Source of the DNA: Acidobacteriota bacterium
Lineage (GTDB): Bacteria > Acidobacteriota > UBA890 > WLXD01
Length of the DNA: 64,000 nucleotides
Direction: 5' to 3'
Assembly (NCBI GenBank): GCA_963666055.2
Contig: CAXWPH010000012.1
Span: forward strand, 128,001 to 192,000
Shown: in pieces, positions 49,083 to 59,933 of the stretch
Layout of the letters: each line of letters starts with the position of its first letter
How positions within the stretch are numbered: the stretch's first letter is position 1
Notes under the pieces: model-generated
Database searches by the model: none
Seen by the model: the letters and a program-made list of their open reading frames with translations, nothing else
What the model was told of the DNA's origin: nothing
Translations under genes and position numbers: made by a program

Positions 49083-50312
49083 CTACTGTCCGATGATTCG
49101 GACCGTCCCAGTCGCTGGCAGGTCGGCGGCGGACTGCTGCAGGGAAAGAAGCTGCGCGGCAAGCGCCAGCGACTGCATCGCCCGCCCGCCGCTGCATTCG
49201 CCCGTGCCGTTGGGCACAGAGTACCGCTGACCCTCGTAGTTGACCGCGATAATCGCGTTGCCGCACTCGGACGCCAGCGTGACCACGAACAGCCGCCGCT
49301 CCGCCGCGTTCTGGTTCGGCGACCGCGCAATGATGTGCACCTGCCTGCCGCGCCGCATGATTTCGCCCAGGTAGAACAAGACTGATTGCGGCGAGCGCAG
49401 CACCACCCTGCCTTTGAGCTCGTCGCGGTCTTGCTCGGACGCGGCCCGGAACGCCGCTTTAGAGTCGTACAAGTGGAGCAACGATGTCCCATCTTGGCCC
49501 GGCGAGCTGACGTTACCGCTGCACACGGACGCCCCTGGTACGACTAGGCGGAGTGTTTCCGATGGGCGCTCCAATCGCCAACTGCCGTCGGCGTTTTCCT
49601 GCAGTCGAAGCGGCCTCCCGGCAACCTGAATCAGCGTTCCCAGTCGCGCCACCTCGGCAGGTGCGACCGGCGGCCCGATCTGGATGGTCTGGTGCGGATC
49701 GAGCTCCCATTGCCCGCCTCGATAGATGGCCCCCACCAGCTCCTGGAAGTCGTCCCACGACGGCACCCCTACCTCGTTGATGAGCTCCATCGAACGAACC
49801 TCGCCGGCGTTGCGGCATTCCAGCTCGATGCGCTCGACTGCAAGAAAGAACAACACGTCGCGGGAGAATCCCTGGTCCCAGAAATACTCGACAAGCTCGA
49901 ACGTCAGCGGCGTCATGATGCCTCGGGTGAACGACTGCGAGTCGAGAACCGCAACGTCGAAGCTGGGCGCGTCGACGACGCTCAGGTCGACCCCCATGCC
50001 GATGCTATCGGAGGCGCCACTACGTGCCGTCCCCGAGGCGCCGATTCCAGCGCTCTGGCGAATGCTACCGGTAATGCGCGTCAGACCCGTGAAGACCATC
50101 GGCTTGCGGTCGCGCGCCCGCAAAACGTTGAGCAACAGCATCTCGTTGCGCGCCTGCTCCGCGGCGACGTTGTAATTCACCGCCCGGCTGGAGATCTACT
50201 GGCTACGAACGACACAACCTGACGTCGCCATCGGCAGCAAGCAGACGACGACCGCTAGGGCGCGCGCACGAACGGGTGAAGGACAGCGCCGGGGAAATAC
50301 GATCGGTGTCAT
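49083..50312 (-). pseudogene. Putative lipoprotein interrupted by an in-frame TAG
   Basis: ATG 50312 reads MTPIVFPRR...AVVVCLLPMATSGC-VVRSQ*ISSRAVNYN...; TAG at 50196-50198, then the same frame continues for more than 360 codons. Confidence 0.7.
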
Positions 50313-50362
50313 AGCGGCTCCATCGATGCGCCCTTCGGTATCTTGCACCGGCTGGACGCGGC

Positions 50363-53300
50363 TCACTTCTTGAGATACTTGAGCAGAACGCGAATCACGC
50401 CAATCGATACCTCTGGCCGCTCACGCATGAGCTGCCAGAACGGATCACGATCGATGCGCAGCGCCAGGACATCGCTCAACGCGACGCAAGTAGCGGCGCG
50501 TGGCTCGGCGGTGAGAATCGCCAACTCTCCGAGGACATCACGGGTCCGCAGTACGGTGTCGATTCGACTCCCGTCGATCTCGACTGCCACCTCGCCCTCG
50601 ATGAGGTTGTAGAGACAATCGCCCTCATCGCCCTGTCGGAGGATCTCCTCTCCCTCGCGGAAGGCCGCCTCGCCGACGATCGGCAGCAGCCCGGAGATCT
50701 CCTCGGCGGGGATCTGCCTGAACATCGGAATCTGCTTGAGAAAGAGAATCTTCTCCAGCGGAGCGAGGGCCATGCCCGATTTCTCCTTGATGAGCGCCGT
50801 CGAATCGCGATCCGATTCTGCCCCGCCTGACCGGTCACCGGTACCGTCCGCGGCTACCAACCGACCCAGCTGCAACAAAGTGTAAGCGGCGGTGTAGCGA
50901 ACGTGGGAATCATCGTTCTCGAGTGCCACCTGAACCTGCTCGGTCAACTGCGTCGCACCGGTGAGCCCGATGGCGTGAAGCGCACAAGCCTGGACCCATG
51001 AATCGGGCGCCTCGACCAGGTCTCGGAGACGATCGACCGTCGACACCGAGCCCAGCCGCAGCCGGCGGCGTGCTGCCTCTGCGCGGCGACGATCCGGACC
51101 GCCGAGGTATGGAATGAGCAGCTCCCTATGGGTGGTGACGACGTTGTCGATCAACTCGACCGCGTTGGCCTGCAGACGGCTATCCGTACTATCCAGAGCC
51201 TTCGAGAGCGAGCCAAACGACAGGTCGGAGTGCTGCAGACAGATCAACGCCAGTATTCGTCCGCGGTCGCCATCGACACGCGCGGCAAGCGCTTCGACCA
51301 GCAGTGGCATCTCGTCGGCGTTGGAGCGCAGATCGCGCCAGCACAGCCAGCGGTCGTAGGCGACGCGCAGCTCATCGCCGAGCTTGCGGCGCAGGTGGTC
51401 TTTGGCTAGCTCGGGCCTCTCGGCAGCATCCAACCGACACAGCGTCGCGTATGCGGTGCCCCGGACACCATCGTCGAGCTCGTGGATGAGCTCAACGAGA
51501 ACCTCGCCGCCTACTGCACCGGCCTGCCTGAGCGCCCCTACAAGTTGTTGGCGCACCGGTGCCGGCAGCCCGCGCTCCATCACGAGCTCACGCAACAGCG
51601 CCGGATCTTCACGGCTACAGGCCACCAGCGCGCGTGCGGTCTCCGCCTGCGTGCTGGCATCGTCCACGTTGCTGAGCAACCCGGGAACGAGCTCGGGCGC
51701 CCGTACCGTAAGCGACGCGCAGATTGCCTCCAATCGCACGCGCCTGTCGTCATCCTCGAGCATCTCGAGCAGCGGCGCGTAGAAACCGCCGACCCCCAGC
51801 TCACCGAGCAACCGGGCGCCCTGGCTCCGCTGCTGCGCGTCATCGCTTTCGAGCAAGCTGTGCAGCTGTCGCCCGGCGTGCAGCACACCCTCGAGCCCGC
51901 CAAACCGGATCAGCGCGACGATGGCGGTATCGCGAAGCCGTGGATCGAGCTCTTCGTCGGGGTCCGTTCCATCGTCTGATGCGCTGGCAAGACAGGGAAT
52001 CACCTGACGAACGCCCCGCGGGCCGCAGAGCTGACAGTAGGCCTCGATCGCCGCCCGGCGAACGTCGATGTCTCCCTTCCCCATCAGCTGCCGGATCGGC
52101 TCGACCTGATCCGTGGCAGAGCTCTCGGCGAGGTAGCGTAGCGCCATGACGCGCACGTTGGCGTCGTCGTGCTCCAGCAACGGCGCGACCCGGTCGGTCC
52201 AGTCAACGGTGCGGGCCTCGCGGATCAGACCGAGGGTGTGGATAACGCGCATGGCGTCGGGATGCTGCAGCGCCTCCGCGAGAACGCGGATACTGGTCTC
52301 GTCGGCCAGGTCGATCGCCTCGGCACCCAGGTCGAGGCGGCGCAACGCGATGCTGCGGCCGAGCGTGGTGACGTAGCGCCGTGAGGCGACGAACAACAAC
52401 CACACCCAGAGTGCCGACAGCAGCAGCAGCAACGGCGCCCAGGTGGTCGCCGACAAGCCCTCGAACCTGCCCATGACGAAGAACGCGACGCCCATCAAAG
52501 CCACGAGCGGCGGCTTGATCACACCGTCGATGACCGCCTTCGCCTTGGCACGCAAGGTGGGCGACAGCGGCAGGTACAGCAGGTTGAAGACCGAGTCGTT
52601 CACCGTGTACTTGAGCGAGATGTCCGCGGCCCGTGGAATCGCCACGGCCCACAACGCACCGCCGGTGATCAGAATCGACAGGCCGCCGAGAGCGATCGTG
52701 CCGGGCAACAGCAAGAGTGCCGGCAGAATGCCGAATCGCTCCATCAGAAAGCCGGCTACCAAGAACTGCAGCACCGCTGCCACCACGCCGGCCCAGAGCC
52801 GGAACACCGCGAGGAAGCGCACCATTCCCTGTCCGTCGTCGCCAAAAGTGTCCTTTAGCGCCAGGTCGAGCTGGAAGTCGGCAACGCTGCTGACCAGCGC
52901 GATGACCACGACGATGGCTCCAATTGTGACCATCAGCCTGGACCGCAAGACCTCCCGCAGGTCTCGTGCAAGCGTTCCGCGCGTTGCCGGCGCCGATGCT
53001 ACCGCCGAGCTCCGCTGCGAGCTGGGCTCCGGCTCGAGGCGAGCGCCGCTCAAGCGCCCCACGATGAACATCGACCCCGCGAGGCTCCCGATCACCACGA
53101 AAAGCAGATCCTCGGGGCGCACGGTGTCGGCAAGCTCGCTGAGGAAGGCGCCGAACGCAATATTCGACAGTGCGCTGCCGCCCGAGATGATGCCGAACAG
53201 CCGCCTCGCCTGCCGCGGGTGGAACAAGTCGCCAGCGAACGTCCAGAACTGGATCATGACGACGTTGCCGAGGATGTCGAAGAACACGAACACCGCCAGC

Positions 53301-53668
53301 AGTAGCGCCAGGCTGTCGCGCAACGGCGTAGCCAGGAGCAGGCGTGCGACCGCGACAATGACGATCGCAACGACAAACGTCAGCTGAATCAGACGCGCGC
53401 GGGTCCAACGGTCCGAGAACCGCGTGTACAAGGCCATCACCGCTACCAGTACCAGCGGCGGCAAGATGAACTTCAACGGGATGGCCGAGGCGGGTAGACG
53501 GCTCAAGAACAGCGCCCGACCGGCCAGTTGGCCGGTGATCACGACCCCGCCGACGGACAGGATCGAGTAACCGAGCATCGCGCTGACGATGCCGGCCTCG
53601 CCCGGCTCCACACGCAACAGCTTGCGGATCCAGCGCCAAGGCGCGCGACTCTTCTGGGAGCGGTCCAT
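50363..53668 (-). CDS. Npt1/TLC-like nucleotide transporter fused to HEAT repeats and a cNMP-binding domain
   Basis: About 12 TM helices (QFW.FA.D.F.PRQARRLFG; LLYLP....R.KAK..ID), HEAT repeats, C-terminal GE.AIL...PR.AT. Confidence 0.88.
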   Translation of the reverse strand: MDRSQKSRAPWRWIRKLLRVEPGEAGIVSAMLGYSILSVGGVVITGQLAGRALFLSRLPASAIPLKFILPPLVLVAVMALYTRFSDRWTRARLIQLTFVVAIVIVAVARLLLATPLRDSLALLLAVFVFFDILGNVVMIQFWTFAGDLFHPRQARRLFGIISGGSALSNIAFGAFLSELADTVRPEDLLFVVIGSLAGSMFIVGRLSGARLEPEPSSQRSSAVASAPATRGTLARDLREVLRSRLMVTIGAIVVVIALVSSVADFQLDLALKDTFGDDGQGMVRFLAVFRLWAGVVAAVLQFLVAGFLMERFGILPALLLLPGTIALGGLSILITGGALWAVAIPRAADISLKYTVNDSVFNLLYLPLSPTLRAKAKAVIDGVIKPPLVALMGVAFFVMGRFEGLSATTWAPLLLLLSALWVWLLFVASRRYVTTLGRSIALRRLDLGAEAIDLADETSIRVLAEALQHPDAMRVIHTLGLIREARTVDWTDRVAPLLEHDDANVRVMALRYLAESSATDQVEPIRQLMGKGDIDVRRAAIEAYCQLCGPRGVRQVIPCLASASDDGTDPDEELDPRLRDTAIVALIRFGGLEGVLHAGRQLHSLLESDDAQQRSQGARLLGELGVGGFYAPLLEMLEDDDRRVRLEAICASLTVRAPELVPGLLSNVDDASTQAETARALVACSREDPALLRELVMERGLPAPVRQQLVGALRQAGAVGGEVLVELIHELDDGVRGTAYATLCRLDAAERPELAKDHLRRKLGDELRVAYDRWLCWRDLRSNADEMPLLVEALAARVDGDRGRILALICLQHSDLSFGSLSKALDSTDSRLQANAVELIDNVVTTHRELLIPYLGGPDRRRAEAARRRLRLGSVSTVDRLRDLVEAPDSWVQACALHAIGLTGATQLTEQVQVALENDDSHVRYTAAYTLLQLGRLVAADGTGDRSGGAESDRDSTALIKEKSGMALAPLEKILFLKQIPMFRQIPAEEISGLLPIVGEAAFREGEEILRQGDEGDCLYNLIEGEVAVEIDGSRIDTVLRTRDVLGELAILTAEPRAATCVALSDVLALRIDRDPFWQLMRERPEVSIGVIRVLLKYLKK

Positions 53669-53783
53669 CGACGTTTCTCGCTATCGAGATGCCCGGCAGC
53701 AGAGCCCGGCCGCGCCCAGGCTACCGCGATTCCGATTGCTCCGGTAAGTAATCTACGCCGCCAAAGTGCCCGGTACCGCTAGT

Positions 53784-55409
53784 TTACTTGGCGCCGTTCC
53801 GCCGTAGCACGACGCCGGATCTCGCCCCGGTCGGCTCGCCGTCGCGCAGTGCAACGTCGCCGTTGACGAGCACGTGGACGATACCCTCGGAGTACTGATG
53901 CGGATCGGTATAGGTTGCCCGGTCAGTTATGCGATCGAGATCAAAGACCACGACATCCGCAAAGGTCCCGGATCGAATGAACCCTCGTTCCTCGATGCGG
54001 TAGGCGGTCGCCGGAAGGCTGGTCATGCTGCGGATCGCCGCCGGTAGCGTGACGAAACCATCCTCGAGCACGTACTTGCGGATCTTGCGGGGATAGGTGC
54101 CATAGGATCGGGGATGCGGCTTGCCGGCACCGAAGGCTGGCAATCCTCCGTCGGAGGAGGTCATCGTCCACGGCTGTACCATCAGCCGGCGAAGGTCGTC
54201 GGTATGCATGTTGAACGAGATGATCGAGCCGGGCAGTCCGCCGGTGATGATCTCGATGGCGACGTCGATGGGATCTGTTCGTTGCTGATCGGCCAGCGAC
54301 TGCAGCGTCCTGCCTTCCATCTCCGGGCCGCCGCCGGTGAACTGGAGTCGATCGGCACCGCCCCGCCGCGCCAGGTTGTCGACCATCGCCTGGCGAATTC
54401 GCGCGCGCGTCTGGCGGTCGGCAAAGCGCCGCGCCTGCACGTCGCTGCCCCCGGCCTGCGACCAGCGCGGCAACAGGGCCGCGGACAGGCCCGTGCTCGA
54501 AGCCTCGTAGGGATACTGGTCGGCGTACATCTCCACGCCCTCGGCTCGGGCCGCATCGATGCGCTCGACGATGGTCTCCGATTCACCCCAGGCGTTTGGC
54601 CCAAGCGCTTTGATGTGGGTGACCACACCGGGGATGCCGGCTTCGCGTGCCACCCGGATGACCTCGTCGACCGCGGCAACGACGCCGATCGTGTAGTCAG
54701 CTTCGTCGCGGATGTGGGCACCGTATGCGCCCCCGAGCTCGGCGACGACCTTAGCGAGCTCGATCACCTCGTCGAGCTCGGCATAGCTGCCCGGTGCATA
54801 GAACAGGCCGCTGGAAAGCCCGAACGCTCCATCCTCCATGGCCCGGCGGACGAGCACCCTCATCTGTGCTAGCTCATCGGCCGTCGGAGCGCGATCCTCC
54901 ATGCCGAGCACCGCGCCACGGACAGTTCCATGACCAACCATCTGGGCGACGTTCACGCCGAGGCCATGCGCCAGCAGAGCGTCCCGTTGCTCGGCGACAT
55001 CGAGGCCGCCGCCCCCGTCGGGATTGATCACCACCGTCGTCAGACCCTGGTACAGCAGCGGCGCGGCAGCGCTACGATCCTCGGTGATCAACCCGGCGAG
55101 GGCATGCGAATGGACATCGATGAAGCCTGGTGCCACGTAGAGCCCGGTGGCGTCGATCTCGACCTCGGCCGAGGCATCGGAAAGATCGCCCACCGCGACG
55201 ATTCGCTCGCCCTGAATGCCAACGTCAGCACGGATCCAGGGATTTCCGCTACCGTCGAACATACGCCCGCCGCGGATGATCAGATCGAGCCGCGGCTCCT
55301 CTGAGGCCTGCGGCGCCGCTCGCCCCGCGCCCACGGCCCCCGCGGCAAGCATCAGGCACCCAACGGCAAACCAGCGGATTCCGAACCGGGGTCGTATGGT
55401 TTCGATCAT
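53784..55409 (-). CDS. N-acyl-D-amino-acid deacylase (D-aminoacylase) with signal peptide
   Basis: APGFIDVHSH, GLSSGL.YAPG, HIRDE, DQYPY, HPR.YGT.PR. Confidence 0.92.
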   Translation of the reverse strand: MIETIRPRFGIRWFAVGCLMLAAGAVGAGRAAPQASEEPRLDLIIRGGRMFDGSGNPWIRADVGIQGERIVAVGDLSDASAEVEIDATGLYVAPGFIDVHSHALAGLITEDRSAAAPLLYQGLTTVVINPDGGGGLDVAEQRDALLAHGLGVNVAQMVGHGTVRGAVLGMEDRAPTADELAQMRVLVRRAMEDGAFGLSSGLFYAPGSYAELDEVIELAKVVAELGGAYGAHIRDEADYTIGVVAAVDEVIRVAREAGIPGVVTHIKALGPNAWGESETIVERIDAARAEGVEMYADQYPYEASSTGLSAALLPRWSQAGGSDVQARRFADRQTRARIRQAMVDNLARRGGADRLQFTGGGPEMEGRTLQSLADQQRTDPIDVAIEIITGGLPGSIISFNMHTDDLRRLMVQPWTMTSSDGGLPAFGAGKPHPRSYGTYPRKIRKYVLEDGFVTLPAAIRSMTSLPATAYRIEERGFIRSGTFADVVVFDLDRITDRATYTDPHQYSEGIVHVLVNGDVALRDGEPTGARSGVVLRRNGAK

Positions 55410-55443
55410 CAACCTACTGCTGGACCCCTCCGGCCTACCCGGC

Positions 55444-55755
55444 TCAGCATACACACAGAGACACGGCGCGTGTAGCTGGGGGAACCCCAACTCCCGAGCG
55501 GCTCGGTGAGCGGACAAACCCCGTGAGGCTAGAGGACGATCTCAGCGCTTCGAGATCGGCGTCCAGGCGCTCCACGGACCCCGGCATGGCGATACCCAGG
55601 ATGCTCGGGGGGACCGGTTCGCGGGCGCTTGCTGCGCTGCTGAACAGCTCGACATACTCACCGGTTTGCGCCCCAGCCGGAAGGTCCGGTCCGTGCAGCA
55701 GCAGGGCGACCCCCGTGACGATAACCAACGGTCGGATCTTCGCAATCGCTCCCAT
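55444..55755 (-). pseudogene. Possible truncated remnant of an exported protein
   Basis: Signal-peptide-like start ending A-G-A/Q, then no recognisable domain. Confidence 0.3.
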
Positions 55756-55900
55756 TCGCGGCCCCCATGGACTAGGTCGTGCTACCCGCTGCCGGCCGCC
55801 ACGACCGAACCAATGCCCTCAGGCGAGCAATCAATCCGACCACGCGTCACGGCAGCCTGTCAATAAGCGCGGCGCGCTGCCAGCAGGGCTCCTGTATCGA

Positions 55901-57514
55901 CTACTGCTCGATCCCTTCGCCCGGCAGGACCGGGGTATGCAAGGGGTCGCGGCGTGCTCTGGTCAGCTGCTCAAACGCATAGCCAATTGCCAGCAGTCGC
56001 GCTTCGGTGAAGGCCGCGCCCAGGAAGGAGATGTTCACCGGCAGCCGGTTGCTGGTAAAACCGGCCGGTACGGTCAGATCGGGGAACCCGGTGAGGTTGG
56101 CGATGTTGGTCACCGACCTCCCGCCGCCACCGGTGCTGCCCTCCACGAGACTCGGGCGTGTTGGCCGGGTCGGATAGACGATGGCGTCGAGCTCGGACTC
56201 GCTGAGAATCCCTTCGACGATGGCGCGTACCAGGGCCAGGCCGTGATCTCGAACAGCGAGATACTCGCTGTCGGTCACCTCGCCGCTCTCCTCCTCCTTC
56301 TGCAGTAGTGCCCAACGCGTCGGGTTTGGCTGCGCCCCGTATTCCGTTCTGGCGGTAATCTTCTGCGAGCGCTCGATGAGCTCGGCGAGCGTCTTCGGGT
56401 ACTCCTCGCCCAGCGTGCTCAGATACTCGGCGATCTGGACCCGAAACTCGCGCCAGCGAATGGTAGTGTACATGTCGGCGCGCGCTTCGAGTAGCCACTC
56501 GGGAAACTTCACGTCGATGACTTCGGCGCCGGCGTCCCGCATAGCCTGCAACGAGGCCTCGATAATCCAGTCGACCTCCTGATCCTGCCCGAGAAAGTCG
56601 CGCGCGATGCCAAATCGCGCACCGTCGAGCGCGTCGGCATCCAGCGCCATGGTGTAGTCGGCCATGACCTTCCCCTCGCTCTTTCGCGTCGAGTCGTCGG
56701 CGGGATCCACCCCAGTCAGCACGCTGAGCATCGCCGCGACATCGTAAACGTGCCTAGCCATGGGACCGGCGGTGTCAAAAGAAAGACCCAACGGCACGAT
56801 GCCGTCCCGACTCACGAGACCGTGGGTGGTCTTCAGCCCCACAATCCCGTTGGCGGCAGACGGGCCGCGCACCGACCCACCCGTATCAGTGCCGATGCCG
56901 ATCTGCCCGAACGCGGCGGCGATGGCGACGCCCGTGCCACCAGAGGAACCGGATGGAGTGCGCGTCAGGCTGTGTGGGTTGCGCGTGTAGCCACCCATCG
57001 AGCTCATCGGAACGCCCGAGGCGAACTCGCTCATATTCAGCTTTGCCAGGATGATCGCCCCGGCAACCCGCAGCTTGCGAACGATGAACGCGTCGTCCGG
57101 CGGGATCGAGCCGGCAAGCAACACCGATCCCGCAGTGGTCGGCATGTCGTGCGTATCCACGTTGTCCTTCAGCACCACCGGGATCCCGTGAAGTCGGGAG
57201 CGAGGGCCACCCTCGCGACGTTCGCGGTCCAGCGCTCGCGCAGTCTCGAGGGCATCGCGGTTCATCCAGAGAATCGCGTTGAGCTCCGGCCCCTTGTCGT
57301 TGTATGCGTCGATCCTCGCCAGGTATTGCCGCAGCAGCGCCTCGGATGTGAGCGTGCCCGCGTCGAGCGCCGCGCTGATATCGGCGATGGTCGCTTCCGT
57401 CAGGCTCAGTGTCTGCGCCGCCAGCGCGCCGGGGAGAATTAGGCCCGCCAGGGCGGCCAGCAGCGAGATCGAGGCCACCGGTCGCGCACCGATTAGAAGC
57501 TGGATCACTCGCAT
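55901..57514 (-). CDS. Amidase-signature family protein, exported
   Basis: LHGIPVVLKDN, SGSSGG, GTDTGGSVRGPS; AGGAGA RBS. Confidence 0.93.
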   Translation of the reverse strand: MRVIQLLIGARPVASISLLAALAGLILPGALAAQTLSLTEATIADISAALDAGTLTSEALLRQYLARIDAYNDKGPELNAILWMNRDALETARALDRERREGGPRSRLHGIPVVLKDNVDTHDMPTTAGSVLLAGSIPPDDAFIVRKLRVAGAIILAKLNMSEFASGVPMSSMGGYTRNPHSLTRTPSGSSGGTGVAIAAAFGQIGIGTDTGGSVRGPSAANGIVGLKTTHGLVSRDGIVPLGLSFDTAGPMARHVYDVAAMLSVLTGVDPADDSTRKSEGKVMADYTMALDADALDGARFGIARDFLGQDQEVDWIIEASLQAMRDAGAEVIDVKFPEWLLEARADMYTTIRWREFRVQIAEYLSTLGEEYPKTLAELIERSQKITARTEYGAQPNPTRWALLQKEEESGEVTDSEYLAVRDHGLALVRAIVEGILSESELDAIVYPTRPTRPSLVEGSTGGGGRSVTNIANLTGFPDLTVPAGFTSNRLPVNISFLGAAFTEARLLAIGYAFEQLTRARRDPLHTPVLPGEGIEQ

Positions 57515-57583
57515 ACGTCTCTCCTGTGGCCCCCGTAGCGGGACCGGTTCCACAAGGAATCCACTGCACCAACCGTGCGGCCG

Positions 57584-58828
57584 TTACAGTCCACCAGCCA
57601 CACTCCGAACGTCGACGTTCGTCTCGAGATCCGTGCGGCACAGTGCATGCAAGAAACAGGTCTGCTCGCTCATGTCCAGCGCGGTGCAAGCGAACGCGTC
57701 GTCGCCAGGAGTCTCCAGGAAGACGTGGGTCTCGACTGCATCTGCCACTCCTTTGACACCCGACACGCCGCTCACGCCTCCTGGCGAGAAGTAGGTGTCC
57801 TGCACCACCCGACAGGCGTCGAGATCATGCTTGACGATGTCTGCGTACCTGCCGAACTGCGTCATGAAGCAGAAGGCAATACCGGCCGAGATGTAGCTTG
57901 CGGCGTCCGGAGCTCGGCGGCGGCGACCGGACACCGAATCCTCCTCAGAAAGAAAGCGGAAGCTCGAGCCGATCGGTTTGAACAGCGTCTGGTCGATCTG
58001 CCGTACACCATCCTCGCGAACAGTGCACACGCCGCGGCAGTGAAGCCGGCGGTCCTGACTCTCGGTCAGGCTGGTGTTGATCCCGCCGGGCTCGCTCTCG
58101 ACCCTCTCGGCCTCGGCAAACTTTCGGATCAGGTCACCGACGGGCTCCTCCGCAACGCGGACTTCAGAGAAACCATCCACCGGATCCGGCTGGGGCGCGC
58201 CTCGGAGGTGTTTCACCCTCGCTGGCACGATCTCGACACCGTTGTGACTCAGCGTGAACAGGCTCTCGTGCACTCCCCGAAGCAGTCCGGTAACCGGCGC
58301 GGCTTGTACCGCCTTCGCGACGAGACGCTGCAAGGCCGACTCCGACGCGTCTGCGTCGATCTCCACACGCAGCTCCGGCGCCAACGCTCCGCCGGTCATG
58401 GTGCCGCGAAGCACGCTGCCCTGCATCGAGTAGTAGTTGTCGAGGACGAGCCGTAGATCTCGGATTTCAACGTCGTGCTGCCGCGCTGCGGCGAGGATCT
58501 CGTTCATGTAGGCAGCCACCATCCCCGTGGTGAAGAACGAAAGTGGGCACGGGCCGACATCGTGCCCCGCAAGGTACGGCCCCTCGTCGCTGGTGAACCG
58601 CCAGGCGTCGTCGTTGGCGCCGTTGATCGTGATCGCCTCCTTCTGCATCCCGGAGAGCGTTCGAACCCAGGTACGCACCGACGCACCATGGCGAACAGCC
58701 GGCGGCGCCAACCCGAGAGCTTCGGCGTTCCCAACTGAAAAGAACAGCGGCCGCGGATCTGCGTCGAGGACGTTGGGATGCCGGCGGGTCACGGTTCCTC
58801 CGCTTCGAGAATCTGGCTCCACGTACAC
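57584..58828 (-). CDS. Tandem OsmC/Ohr-like domain protein
   Basis: Two repeats (SDEG......GPCPL.FF..G; SEE......APDA..YI.AG.AFC.MTQ ... EQTCFLH). Confidence 0.7.
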   Translation of the reverse strand: MYVEPDSRSGGTVTRRHPNVLDADPRPLFFSVGNAEALGLAPPAVRHGASVRTWVRTLSGMQKEAITINGANDDAWRFTSDEGPYLAGHDVGPCPLSFFTTGMVAAYMNEILAAARQHDVEIRDLRLVLDNYYSMQGSVLRGTMTGGALAPELRVEIDADASESALQRLVAKAVQAAPVTGLLRGVHESLFTLSHNGVEIVPARVKHLRGAPQPDPVDGFSEVRVAEEPVGDLIRKFAEAERVESEPGGINTSLTESQDRRLHCRGVCTVREDGVRQIDQTLFKPIGSSFRFLSEEDSVSGRRRRAPDAASYISAGIAFCFMTQFGRYADIVKHDLDACRVVQDTYFSPGGVSGVSGVKGVADAVETHVFLETPGDDAFACTALDMSEQTCFLHALCRTDLETNVDVRSVAGGL

Positions 58829-58853
58829 ACGTGGAGGGGCAAGCCCAAATAGG

Positions 58854-59933
58854 CTAGCCAGCCTCCGGGAAAATCTCCTTGGCGATCATCATGTGAACGC
58901 CGACGTTGCCGTCGACGAGCTGGGTAATGCGTAGGTCGGCGGCGATGCTCGCCAAGGCGTATGCGGCGCCGCGCTCGAGGCTCCGAGTCTGCATCAGGAA
59001 GTCGACCATTTCCTGAACGGCGATGCGGGTTGCCTCAGTGAGGTTCTCGTGCATGCCCATGGTGATGAAGTGAGTCGGCGTCTCGGCCCGCGGCCAGGCG
59101 AGTCGAGCACCCTTGTGCAGAAAGAACTGCAGGCTGCCGTCGAGCGAGGTCTCGATCGCCGTCTGATCGACCTCGCCGTCACCCTGGGCGGCGTGCCCGT
59201 CGCCTACCTCGAACAGCGCCCCCGGAACGTGCACCGGGATGAACAGGGTCGTACCGGCCACCAACTCCTTGTTGTCGAGGTTGCCGGCGTGAATCCATGG
59301 CGGGCTGCTGCTGATGCGGCCCGCATCGGGTGGCGGCGCCACCCCCATGCTGCCGAAGAAGGGTCGCAACGGAATCTCGATGCCGCCGCTGAACGGTGCC
59401 ACCATGCGCTCCTCATCGAACCGGAAGATGCGCATCCGCTGCTCATCGCAGTTCTCCGGCATGAAGCCGCTGCAGCCGTTATAGGCGTAGGGGATCGCCA
59501 GGTCGATGGAGAGCACCCGTACCTCCAGGGTGTCGCCCGGCTCCGCCCCCTCTATGTAAATCGGGCCGGTGAGAATATGGCCGCCGGGACCGCGGTCGGT
59601 CACCTGCTCGTATACGTCGCGCAGGGACTGCTGGACTTCCTCTGGCGGAATTCCCGCCCCCTCCAGCCTCGTCGGGCTCGAGGTCAGCAGGGTTTCGACC
59701 TCGACGATGTCCCCCGGCTCGATCCGCAGCACTGGCTCGGCTTCGGCCCAGTAGTAGCCCCACGCCACCGTTGCCGGGGTTGCCGGCAGCTGGTGAACGC
59801 GGGCCGGCGGAGCCTGCGGGGCGCGATCTCCGCTCTCGCCGGCCGGGCTGCCGACGCACGCTGCGTGCAGCAGGAGTGCAAGAAATAGCGCCAGGGTCGC
59901 AGCGCGCCGCGATCTTGTTGGGGAGCATTCCAT
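58854..59933 (-). CDS. Acetamidase/formamidase family protein, probable lipoprotein
   Basis: H.LTGPIY.EGAEPGD.L, P...GNLDN, GDGHAAQGDGEV; N-terminal LHAAC. Confidence 0.92.
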   Translation of the reverse strand: MECSPTRSRRAATLALFLALLLHAACVGSPAGESGDRAPQAPPARVHQLPATPATVAWGYYWAEAEPVLRIEPGDIVEVETLLTSSPTRLEGAGIPPEEVQQSLRDVYEQVTDRGPGGHILTGPIYIEGAEPGDTLEVRVLSIDLAIPYAYNGCSGFMPENCDEQRMRIFRFDEERMVAPFSGGIEIPLRPFFGSMGVAPPPDAGRISSSPPWIHAGNLDNKELVAGTTLFIPVHVPGALFEVGDGHAAQGDGEVDQTAIETSLDGSLQFFLHKGARLAWPRAETPTHFITMGMHENLTEATRIAVQEMVDFLMQTRSLERGAAYALASIAADLRITQLVDGNVGVHMMIAKEIFPEAG

